DNA of 64,000 bases, from positions 123,442,001 to 123,506,000 of the forward strand of contig OZ024743.1 of NCBI GenBank assembly GCA_964016885.1, read 5' to 3'. The notes under the pieces are model-generated. The model made no database searches, was not told where the DNA came from, and worked only from the letters and a program-made list of their open reading frames with translations. Shown here piece by piece: positions 38,096-50,975 of the stretch; position 1 is the first letter of the stretch; each line of letters begins with the position of its first letter. The position numbers and the translations under genes are program-made. The DNA is from Eledone cirrhosa (lineage: Eukaryota).

Positions 38096-38099
<4 letters not shown>
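36693..38099 (+). mobile_element. 5'-truncated Penelope/Naiad-like element with inverted 5' stub, in (TA)n
   Basis: GIY-YIG ORF 36751-37092 (CPLSNNCL..VYEC..YIGAT..H..LSGLIWSLK, then CDLC). 36693-36753 is an inverted copy of ~37928-37993. Confidence 0.85.
37882..37956 (+). ncRNA. Type I hammerhead, family G (PLE 3' region)
   Basis: attttat-CTGAAGA-gaacatgt...acatcttc-GAAA-tacgta-TA-ataaaat. Confidence 0.8.
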
Positions 38100-38193
<94 letters not shown>

Positions 38194-38928
38194 CTAATAG
38201 ATTGAGGAAATCACAATGCCACGAGTTGCTTTATGCACGTATGGTACTGCGACATATATAATGTCTATGATTACTTTTCAGTTTGTTCATGTGTACATCG
38301 CTTCCTATATACTAAGTAGCTGTTTCAATTCAACTCCTATTTAATACACTAAAATCAATATAATATTCACAAATCTGTCCTTGACTTTCTTATCTGCCAG
38401 TGCTTTCCACTTTATCCTGTAGGTCAAGCTGAACCTGCAGGCATTGTGTGCTCTCTTGGCTTTAGGTAGTCTCAGGCTGCAAATAGTTAGCTATCATCAC
38501 TTGACAGCTCAGCACTTACTTCGATTAACACGAAAGTCCAGCACAAAATCGGAGAGACCAGAGACTAATTAAATCAATTATTGATCTTTGTTCTTGATTC
38601 CCCTTGTTAGACTTCTGTTCTTGTAATGATTTCCCGTATATGAACACATTCATCCAGCACAAAGACATCCATAAATGCATCCATTAATACATCCATAAAT
38701 ACATTCATCAGTACATAAAGACATAAAGACATCCATAAATACATATAGTATGAGGGGAATTTGGGACACAGATCTTTGGTGAATGACAATTAACATTTAA
38801 ATTGACAAATCATCATTGTTTTCGAGTAAATCAAAGAATAACTACAGACACACAAAAACGTAGATATACATCTAGACAGACGCAAATGCATGCATATATA
38901 CACAATACACACAGAGACACATATAGTC

Positions 38929-38973
<45 letters not shown>

Positions 38974-39093
38974 TAATTTAATATATCTACTAACATAAGC
39001 GCACAGATGTACGCCAATGCCAACAAATACACAGGTTATGTCATAGTACCTAGGTGGTTCGATGCAGGAGAATGCAGAACAATAATATAAAAT

Positions 39094-39213
<120 letters not shown>

Positions 39214-39226
39214 GTACACAAAAAGG

Positions 39227-39258
<32 letters not shown>

Positions 39259-39272
39259 ACACACACAGACAC

Positions 39273-39334
<62 letters not shown>

Positions 39335-39353
39335 ACACACACACGCGCGCGCG

Positions 39354-39403
<50 letters not shown>

Positions 39404-39699
39404 CACACACACATATATATATATATAAATTCTTTTACTGCATTCAGTCATTGAACTGTAGTGAGGCGGGAAGACGGCTTTCAGAGGTCTTAGTCGATTA
39501 TATCAACCTTCAGTAACCAGTACTTTTTCTGACACCTATTTTATTGACTTTGGCACAAGACGAAAGACAAAATCAATCGTGTGTAAAGGGACAAAACCGA
39601 AACGGATCTGACTGCCACCAGGCTTTTCGACGACACATTGATTTTACCGTAACCTCTCGTTACCTCTGTGTGTGTGTATCTGTGGGCGTGTGGATATGC

Positions 39700-39766
<67 letters not shown>

Positions 39767-39929
39767 GAAGTTATATTTAATTTGTTGGGATACAACAAGG
39801 AAATATTTTTATAACTGATATAAAGCACTCAACAAATTTTTGGAGTAAAAATACAATATATTAACAAATGGAAATGGTCGCATTCTTTAAGGGTATGTCA
39901 ATATTTGTTTATAAAACTGATCTATATTA

Positions 39930-39994
39930 TATTTTATCTGATGAAAGCGCACCATAATTTGCTTTGGTGTCCTTGAAATATGTATAATGAAATA
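39930..39994 (+). ncRNA. Hammerhead family A in fold-back 39763-40040
   Basis: tattttat-CTGATGA-aagcgcacca..tggtgtcctt-GAAA-tatgta-TA-atgaaata. Confidence 0.75.
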
Positions 39995-40235
39995 AATATG
40001 GTTTTATAAATATAGTTTCTATTTGTTAATATATTGTATATATATATATATATATAAATATATATATCCAATATATTAATAAATGGAAACTATATTTATA
40101 AAACCATAATTATTTTATTATATATATTTCAAGGGCAACCAATATTGACATAACCGTGGAAAAACAACCTTGACGGTTGAAAGTTCGTCAAGGTTTTTTT
40201 TCTAGGTTATGTCAGTATTTATAAAACAAATCTTG

Positions 40236-40300
40236 TATTTTATCTAATGAAAGCGCCCCAAGACTACTTTGGTTGCCCTTGAAATATATATAATAAAATA
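40236..40300 (+). ncRNA. Hammerhead family A, core mutated (CTAATGA), in fold-back 40068-40435
   Basis: Stems intact. The G5-to-A change should inactivate it. Confidence 0.6.
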
Positions 40301-40600
40301 ATTATGGTTTTATAAATATAGTTTCCATTTATTAATATATTGAATATTTACTCCAGTAACTTGTTGAGTGCTTTATATCAGTTATAAACTTTTAAGCTTG
40401 TTGGAATCCCAACAAATTAAATATAACTTCTGCATAAATATATATATATTTTTTTTTAGTATATGTTGGTTGTATACCAATACCTCAGTATGCAGATTGG
40501 AGCACTCGACGAAGTGCGCATGTTGGTTTGGTTACTCCGGAATAATGTAAAATAAAATAAAATAAATAAGTCAAATGTTTAAAATCTGGCTTCGTTTATT

Positions 40601-40655
40601 ACTGCTATATATATTTCGGTGACAGCCATCTTTGGCTGTGACCTCTTCAGGCAGT
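40601..40655 (-). ncRNA. Type I hammerhead, family H
   Basis: Reverse strand: actgc-CTGAAGA-ggtcacagcca aaga tggctgtcacc-GAAA-tatata-TA-gcagt. All stems pair apart from one C-C in stem II. Confidence 0.85.
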
Positions 40656-40853
40656 CCGAATTAGTGTGGTAGAGACGAGTACACATGTTGTTGAGGTGTT
40701 TAACTTTGTCAATACTCTGATATGCTCAGTTCCTGGTTGGGTTGTTATTTCACTGAGGAACTGGAATCCTGAATCAATGAATCTCGAAACACCAGGACTA
40801 ATTTTCATTTCTTCTTCATTTTGTTGGGAGGGGGAGGTTCTGTTCAACATCTA

Positions 40854-40912
40854 GCTGCCTGATGAGGTCATAACTGTTGCATAACGGTTATCACCGAAAT
40901 ATATATAACAGC
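40854..40912 (+). ncRNA. Type I hammerhead, family H (diverged partner)
   Basis: gctgc-CTGATGA-ggtcataactgtt gcat aacggttatcacc-GAAA-tatata-TA-acagc. Confidence 0.8.
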
Positions 40913-41996
40913 GATTATGAATAAATGAAGTGAATTATAATCCGTTTACTTCTACTTCATGATTATACAATTATTACTATACTCCAGAGAAAACAGACCC
41001 ACTGTGTACATCGTTGAATGCTCTACCACGCATAAAAAAGTGTCGGTGATCAACTAACATATATTTTAATTATGTATGTATGGATGTATGTACATGTATA
41101 TATAACTGTTAAATACCCTATTATATATGTGAACAAATGACCCATCCCAACGCTATTCGCGAACATAAAAAATAGCGTCCTTACACCACCTACACAGGAC
41201 ATAACAAACTATATTCAACACACACCCCAGGCAAGGAAAACTCCTAAATACTTCCTTCGGATATATACCTCCAAAAGACACTCTCGTAGTAACCAGATTT
41301 ATGCTAAATAATTTTCCCGATGCAAGGGGCTCCACCAGGCTTCCACCATGATATTGAATAGTTTCTATATATCTGCAGCGCCGAACATTCCGTTATGTAT
41401 TCAGTATTGCACATACACAGAATTAGGGCAACCACTACTTAACAAGCTTCAACCATACGCCGTCGGCGATAAAGAAGCAAAAAGTAAACTACATTATATC
41501 CACTTGATCTTGTTATAAAAAAATACCACTAATCTAACAACAAACAATCTCATTGAAATAAACTACTCGCTTAAATATTCTAATTTAAACCAACTGCATC
41601 TAAAACTCATAATTATTTATTAACCAAGCTCCAACTCCTTTGCAAAACCATTAGCTCCCTGATGGAGCAAATAAACTCGAACAAAATTTGTAACAAACTT
41701 TGTAACAGATGCCGGCCCAAGCATAACCAATTACTTAGTAATTAAGAAAAAACCGTAACGAAAGTAAAACTAAGTAGAACTAATAAAATATAAAATAACT
41801 AATACTAACAGGCAATTAAATGAACTGAACAGGTAAATAAAAATAAAATCAGGAATTTAGATCCACATAACACACGAGTGAAGTAAAACACCAAACAATC
41901 CAGTATTTGAGTGTGTGTTTGTGTGTTTGTGTGCGTTATGTTTGTGTGCGTTATGTTTGTGTGTTTATGTGTCAGCTTATATATAAGAAAATGTTT

Positions 41997-42119
41997 AACC
42001 CAGGCGGCAGAGCACAAGCCGTTTCGACGGCTATTTCTGGACTAAATTAGAAATTTTTTTTTTTTTGTATAAGTATTGTTACAAATTTTGTTCGAGTTTA
42101 TTTGTTTCATCAGAGAGCT
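41997..42119 (-). ncRNA. Hammerhead family I, long stem II, cleavage triplet mutated
   Basis: Reverse strand: agctct-CTGATGA-aac...gtc-GAAA-cggc ttgtgctct gccg-CC-tgggtt. Other copies retain GTC. Confidence 0.55.
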
Positions 42120-42358
42120 GATGGTTTTGCAAAGGAGTTGGAGTTTGGTTAATAAATAATTATGAGTTTTATATGCAGTCGGTTTAAATTAGAATTTAAT
42201 TTAGTTCAGAAATAGCCGTCGAAACGGATTGAGCTCTGCCGTCGGGGTTAAACATTTTCCTACTACCCACTCTACTACCCTATTGAGTACTCTGGTGTGT
42301 TATGGTCCATCTGGTTCCTTACCACACTTCCTTCGTTTTTTATATATATATATATATA

Positions 42359-43997
42359 TACATTATGAAGAGAGAAGAAACATTTAGATATAATTAGTAA
42401 TAAAATGTATCATACCTAAACTGTTCCTAAATTCCTCGACTACGTAGTTTCGTGGCATAAACAAAAACAATATATCAAAGATATAGAGTCCCTGCGAGGT
42501 CTGCCGACTTATCAAGAGGATACCTCATTTTACTAGTCTCAAGAACGCGTCTACACGACGTGAGAAAGAATCCCAAAAGGCGGAGGGGGAGATAGTCACG
42601 CGATATAACGGTCGAGAAACAGAGCTAAGCCTCTTATAACCACGAAGAAAATACCACGGAGGCGGAGGGGGTATTCATATCGAGGCCGTAGAAGAGGTAG
42701 TGAAGAAGGCGAGAAGTATGAGTAATGGAAGCTTTCCAGTTGTCCCCACACTTCAAAGATTGCTCGACCAGAGGGAGTTATTAATATATTTAGAAACACA
42801 CAGATACATGCGGACACACACATATATACATGAATGCATCCGCACCCAACTGTGAGTTAAGGGTGCCAACTTCACCGATGTTGCTCAATGAATGACTGGG
42901 ACAGACCAATTCAGTTTGAACTAGACTGAACCAGTATCAGAGTTAAAAATACATTATGAAGAGAGAAGAAACATTTAGATATAATTAGTAATAAAATGTA
43001 TCATACCTAAACTGTTCCTAAATTCCTCGACTACGTAGTTTCGTGGCATAAACAAAAACAATATATCAAAGATATAGAGTCCCTGCGAGGTCTGCCGACT
43101 TATCAAGAGGATACCTCATTTTACTAGTCTCAAGAACGCGTCTACACGACGTGAGAAAGAATCCCAAAAGGCGGAGGGGGAGATAGTCACGCGATATAAC
43201 GGTCGAGAAACAGAGCTAAGCCTCTTATAACCACGAAGAAAATACCACGGAGGCGGAGGGGGTATTCATATCGAGGCCGTAGAAGAGGTAGTGAAGAAGG
43301 CGAGAAGTATGAGTAATGGAAGCTTTCCAGTTGTCCCCACACTTCAAAGATTGCTCGACCAGAGGGAGTTATTAATATATTTAGAAACACACAGATACAT
43401 GCGGACACACACATATATACATGAATGCATCCGTACCCAACTCTGAGTTAAGGGTGCCAACTTCACCGATGTTGCTCAATGAATGACTGGGACAGACCAA
43501 TTCAGTTTGAACTAGACTGAACCAGTATCAGAGTTAAAAATACATTATGAAGAGAGAAGAAACATTTAGATATAATTAGTAATAAAATGTATCATACCTA
43601 AACTGTTCCTAAATTCCTCGACTACGTAGTTTCGTGGCATAAACAAAAACAATATATCAAAGATATAGAGTCCCTGCGAGGTCTGCCGACTTATCAAGAG
43701 GATACCTCATTTTACTAGTCTCAAGAACGCGTCTACACGACGTGAGAAAGAATCCCAAAAGGCGGAGGGGGAGATAGTCACGCGATATAACGGTCGAGAA
43801 ACAGAGCTAAGCCTCTTATAACCACGAAGAAAATACCACGGAGGCGGAGGGGGTATTCATATCGAGGCCGTAGAAGAGGTAGTGAAGAAGGCGAGAAGTA
43901 TGAGTAATGGAAGCTTTCCAGTTGTCCCCACACTTCAAAGGGTGCGGATGCATTCATGTATATATGTGTGTGTCCGCATGTATCTGTGTGTTTCTAA

Positions 43998-44005
<8 letters not shown>
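42359..44005. mobile_element. 591-bp tandem array 2: ~2.7 units minus + 65-bp inverted arm, in (TA)n
   Basis: Same unit as array 1. Inversion at 43940. HHRs on minus at 42433-42520, 43024-43111 and 43615-43702. Confidence 0.9.
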
Positions 44006-44058
<53 letters not shown>

Positions 44059-44199
44059 GTATATATAGGAACGAGTAGGACCCCGACGGCTGAGCTCAAG
44101 CCGTTTCGACGGCTAATTCTGGACAGTATATATATAGTATACTGCCAAATATACTATACATATATTCATGTATACATCGCTATTTCAGAGCACCAATCC

Positions 44200-44670
44200 T
44201 AATGTATATTTTTCTCGCGCGCTCTTGGCCAAGCCGGTATGAATTTTTTTTCTCTCTCTCTCTCTCTCGTCTGCGACTTCACAGAACTTATGTTTACCGA
44301 ATTCGCAGACCAGACCCCTTCTTCCTCCCGTTAGAACTGTGCGAAATTCCTTCCTTGCTCACATTTCAACCAGGTTTGATGGTCTTTATTCTCTCGTTCA
44401 CGATTTCACCGAGTTTATATTCATAGAAATCTGGGACTTGTCTCTTTCTTCTCACTTTCTGTTGCTTAAACCATTTTGTTTGTTCACCCTAACGTCCCCT
44501 TTATTTACGTGTCCCAACGACTTTTTTTAGCCGTTCTTCGCACCAACCTGAGGTATATGGCCTTTAAAGCGATGAAATGCCTAGGACGGTTGGAAGGCCA
44601 CTGATGAAGGACTTACTTTTTCATATGTAACCCATTTGCAACGCCGCAGCTCCATTATTATCATATTTAC
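44200..44670 (+). repeat. Diverged family K copy ending in (TA)n
   Basis: Homologous to 26870-27314. Confidence 0.8.
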
Positions 44671-44719
<49 letters not shown>

Positions 44720-44725
<6 letters not shown>

Positions 44726-44778
44726 TATATATACGTACATGCACATATGTATACAGACGTACAGTAGTATGTATATAT

Positions 44779-44844
<66 letters not shown>

Positions 44845-45848
44845 GTATGGGTTTACCGAACATTTATTATAATGCTGGGTTTGTTTGCAAACAAACAGCC
44901 CTAATTAAGCCGTTCAGTGTTTAGCAACCATCGTTGCCCTTTTGTTCAACACTGACAAAGGAACGATGTACTAGTTTCAAGCTTACTAGCTATCGTCAGT
45001 ATCGTATACCTTCCTGCCAGATCATTGAACGTCTGAAAATATATACTTTCCTTATGCATATTAACGGCTGAGCAGCCTAATTTGCATATCGAGTGAGTTA
45101 GACGGCCGGGCGCACCGAAAACGATGAATGGAAAAAATGAAACGAAATTTCATTTCTCACTTTTGAGTACGGCTGTTACTTAAATATAAGTATGTATACG
45201 TACATACATATATGTATACAGACGTACAGTAGTATGTATATATATACATACATGCACACATATATATATATATGTACGTATGGGTTTACCGAACATTTAT
45301 TATAATGCTCGGTTTGTTTGTGAACAAACATCCCGAATTAAGCCGTAGTGTCTACCAACCATCGTTGCCCTTTTGTTCAACACTGACACAGGAACGCTGT
45401 ACTAGTTTCAAGCTTATTAGCTATCGTCAGCATCGTATACCTTCCTGCCAGATGATTGAACGTCTGAAAGTATATACTTTCCTTATGCATATTAACGGCT
45501 GAGCAGCCTAATTTGCATATCGAGTGAGTTAGTCGGTCGGGCGCACCGAAAACAATGAATGGAAAAAATGAAACGAAATTTCATTTCTCACTTTTGAGTA
45601 CGGCTGTTACTTAAATATAAGTATGTATACGTACATACATATATGTATACAGACGTACAGTAGTATGTATATATATACATACATGCACACACATATATAT
45701 ATGTACGTATGGGTTTACCGAAAATTTATTATAATGCTCGGTTTGTTTATAAACAAACATCCCGAATTAAGCCGTACAGTGTCTAGCAACCATCATTGCC
45801 CTTTTGTTCAACACTGACAAAGGAACGATGTAGAAGTTTCAAGCTTAT
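44720..45848 (-). mobile_element. ~430-bp tandem array family E (~2.6 units), retrozyme-like
   Basis: HHRs on minus at 44963-45005 and 45394-45436, plus a partial at 45824-45848. Confidence 0.8.
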
Positions 45849-45953
45849 ATATATCTCTGTTTAATTACATTGAGCTATATCTTATACTGTCATTTCTATA
45901 ATATGAAGAGGGTGTTTAACTCCAACACACTCTAGTACTTTCATTCTTATATA

Positions 45954-46146
<193 letters not shown>

Positions 46147-46205
46147 CTGTATATATAGAAGTGGTTACACAACAGTTAGTTCACCATACCGATATATATA
46201 GATAG

Positions 46206-47210
<1,005 letters not shown>

Positions 47211-47237
47211 TATATATATATATATATATATATATCT

Positions 47238-47383
47238 AAGGCGGGTAAAATTCCCGAGATCCATGGACGAGTTCTCTCCAGCGGTCTCTGTCCCTCATTA
47301 TCGCTGCCATGTCCTGCATCTCCAACAGACCAGTGTCTGTCCTTAGGGCATCAACATACGTTAACCTTGGTCTTTCTCTTCTA
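47238..47383 (-). mobile_element. RTE-type LINE C-terminal fragment
   Basis: Translates as RPRLTYVDALRTDTG...MRDRDRWRELVHG. Confidence 0.65.
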
Positions 47384-48055
47384 GCAAATAGAGAAAAAGT
47401 TTTAAAATGAATTTTAAAAAATTCACAGTAGTTACTATATGTGCCTTTACCGCGATTTCAAGCTCCAGAATAAACGGAAAATCCAAGGGATTTCTATTGA
47501 GAAGGGAGCAATCTTCAGAAGGCTCTTCTCCCTCGGAGAATATAAAATTCCCGAGTTCAAATCACAAACTGAAGCCATACAAAACCATTCCCAAAATGAG
47601 AGCAAATGATGAATGAAAGAAATAATTCTGTCTGCGGCCGTGTGCAGTGTGCTGGGAAATTTTTAAAATTTATTTTAAAACCTTTTCTCTATTTTCTAGA
47701 CCTTGATCTTATATGTTCTGGCTTGTTAATTTATTAACCCGCCATAGAACCACATTGGCATACGGTTGTATGATACTTGTTCCCCTATATGTATTTTTTA
47801 CACGTAGGAATTCATACTTTATTATTATTCATCTCTCCTAAGGTAGAGATAAAATTTTGGCCGTTTGGACTGCTGCTATTTCGGCACCAGACAGAATTAT
47901 TTCTTTCATTCATCATTTGATCTCATTTTAGGAATGGTTTTGTATGGCGTCAGTTTGTGATTAGAACTCCGGAATTTTATATTCTCCGGGGGAGAAGAGC
48001 CTTCTGAAGATTGCTCCCTTCTCAAAGGAAATCCGTTTGGATTTTCCGTTTATTT
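47381..48055. repeat. Nested fold-back family J
   Basis: 47381-47425 pairs with 47655-47699. 47468-47635 pairs with 47888-48054. Confidence 0.8.
47443..47523 (-). ncRNA. Type I hammerhead, family J
   Basis: Reverse strand: gcctt-CTGAAGA-ttgctcc...ggagctt-GAAA-tcgcgg-TA-aaggc. Confidence 0.75.
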
Positions 48056-48397
48056 AATTAATTTCCACGTGCTGTTGAAATGTTGGGTAAATATAATCGC
48101 GGTTGCACGCGAAGACGCCACGATAGCGTATTTATTTACTGTTTCTTCATAGATGCCTTTTATTCTTATAGCCTGGTCTAATTGATTTTTTGTGTGGTTA
48201 ATTATGCTGATTGGGAGTAGAGATGATGTATATATATTATCAAATAATTCTCTGGACATGCTTTACTCTATAGTATTTCGCTCTGATTAATTTATTAATT
48301 CTCCATTGAGCCACATCGTGAAAAGTTGCAAAAACACATATATACCTGTGACTTTGTTTAATTGGTGTATGTGTAAATAAAATATTTATTATATCTG

Positions 48398-48445
<48 letters not shown>

Positions 48446-48739
48446 CAGATATAATAAAGGTACCCTCTTTTTGTAGGCAATCTCATTTTCTCCCCGAACT
48501 CTCACTGGTGAAACGTATTAGAACAATTACGCAATGTGAAATAGTATTTATGTTTCCTCCCTCAAGTGACCAGTGTTTTAAAACGTCTAGATTGCTAAAC
48601 TGAAGAATATTTTGAAAATGGATTATAGCTCATCTCAAATGTATACCTATCTAAAGAAGAGTGGATTTTGATATTTCTAGAGGTTTAATAAATATTCCAG
48701 TAGTACCTCCCTAATTTACAAACCTTAATGTTGCTGTTT

Positions 48740-49080
48740 GGTCCCAGTCGCTTCTGATGACGAACGAGTGTTCTAGTTGTCCGAACAACGGAATAGCCTA
48801 CTCATCAAATTAGAATGTCAGTAGCTGAGTTTTCTCCAAGGTCATTTTAAGGGAAATTCAGCGTGATACAGAAGGTCACAAGTTTAACCTTTGAACTTAT
48901 AGGTACAATGTTGTTGTTGTTGTTTTTGTTGGTTTGTTGTTTTGTTTTGTTTTTATTTTGTCATCTGATTAAGCTGGAGCAATGAGAAACAAAGTTCATA
49001 GAAACAAAACGTTACTGGGAATAGAGACCATGCCATTATAACCGACAGTCGAACACCCTAACCACTAAGCCACACGCCTT
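48740..49080 (-). mobile_element. Old SINE
   Basis: Reverse-complement similarity to 56880-57110. tRNA-like head near 49040-49080. Confidence 0.5.
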
Positions 49081-50458
49081 CAAAAGGCTTAACAGACTTA
49101 CTGTTGATAGCTATCTCTATGACTATCAACATTTAAACAGTGGAACGTTTTCTTTTTATTTCTTTTTTTTAATAAAAAATGAAAAAATAACATTTGTTGA
49201 AGTATGAGACAAAACGAAGCTTTGAATATAACTAGGTTATGCGTACAGAATAATTATTTCTTTGGGAAATTACTTCAAAGAAAGTTATTTTGTATATACA
49301 TGTAAAAGTAGAGGGAATTAATAATAATCCACTCCTAGAAGCAGTATATATAAACGCCTCAAGTATAATGTATATATTTTCCTAGAAGCATTTACTACGC
49401 TTCTAAGTTTATGCCATTAAAATTGGTTTAAGCTTACAACCTTCTATGGTCGATAAATTTCTGTTGGAATGTGACACCTCTTTGAAAGACATTTTATAAT
49501 ATTTGCAGTTATTTTCGTTTAATACAAATAGATTAACTTGCAGTTAAATATATACACTTCATTCATTTTTGCATTAGATACGTTAGAACAGCCCACAAGT
49601 GGAAAGCTGTGTAGAATCATTTAACATTGAAAAGTTAACATTTTTTAATCTATTGCATAAGATTTCAATGGAACTATTTAAATTATTATTACTCAAATGA
49701 TAGCAGGTTATTAAAATTGATACAAGCGACATAGTAGATGTTATCTAAATAGCTATACTAAACAAGGCGGTCGATTTACCAAATTCGTTAGAGCGTTGAA
49801 TAATTTCTTCCTATTCTCTGTACCCAGAGTTCAAACCACGTTACGGAACAGGTGCAGCCTGGATGTTCCGGTGAATTAAGGGGGGGGGGGCGAGAATAAA
49901 GCAGTATTGGAAGCTAGCCCGAATGGAAAAGTTATTGTACTGTCATCTTTCCAGACACCATTTGCCTTGTTAAATATCAAATTCAACTTAAGAAAATTGC
50001 TGTTTCGCGAGAGAGTACTTCTGTCTTTTGAGAAGCCGAGTGAAATTCAACTATAAAATAGAGACAGGAATTGACGTAAATTCCTTGCAATGTAACCGCA
50101 GTACGCTTACCCAACAATTAACAGATGCAACGTTCGATCTCAGATTTGATATGGCTGCATAGAAATAGAGAGAGAGATGAGGATGTTGCAGGCGAGGTGG
50201 TGTGATTAAATTCACTACATATCCTAGTAGTTTTGGATTCGATCCAACTGCTTAGTACTTTGGGTGAGTTTATTCTACTATAGTCTTGAAATGATCAATG
50301 CCTTGTGAGTGAAATTTGGCAACCGATGTTATTTGCTTATGCCCTGTAATCTAGCAGGACTATAACTGGGTACCGGAGTCGATGTGATCGAGTCAACCAT
50401 GAAGGGCGTAGCTGTAATAACTGAAACCCACAAAATATAATTACACACACACACACAG

Positions 50459-50538
<80 letters not shown>

Positions 50539-50799
50539 GGACGGCATGGGAATATGATGAAATGTTCTAACTTTAACACGTGGATAATGCTTCATATAAT
50601 GTGGTTTATGGAGAGAGTATTATATATCTGTGATGTGCACACAATGGCTACAATAGGAAATCCTAACTATACAACTGTGTATTCGCTAGAAACGTACTGG
50701 TTTCAACAATGAGCCTCAGTGATTGATATTCCACAAACTCGTGTACAGTCAATGTAATTCCCAAATCAAATCAGTATGTCACAATATATCACGAAACTG

Positions 50800-50975
50800 A
50801 ACTACAGTTACAATCCATCCACCGAGCTTCCATAGAGTTTCCGTTTACATAATTTCACACAAAAGATTGATGCCGACTCGAAGCTATAATACAGACACAC
50901 GCCTAAGACGTCAGGCATTGGGTTCGAACTGAGAACCTCATGTTTGCGAAGCAAACTTCTTAACCATTTAGCCAT
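50800..50975 (-). mobile_element. tRNA-derived SINE
   Basis: Minus strand tggctaaatggttaag (A box), gttcgaaccc (B box). Confidence 0.6.

Noticed and set aside
48385-48458. Short inverted repeat around (TA)n
   Set aside because: Only ~15-bp arms around a self-complementary microsatellite, likely a local template switch.
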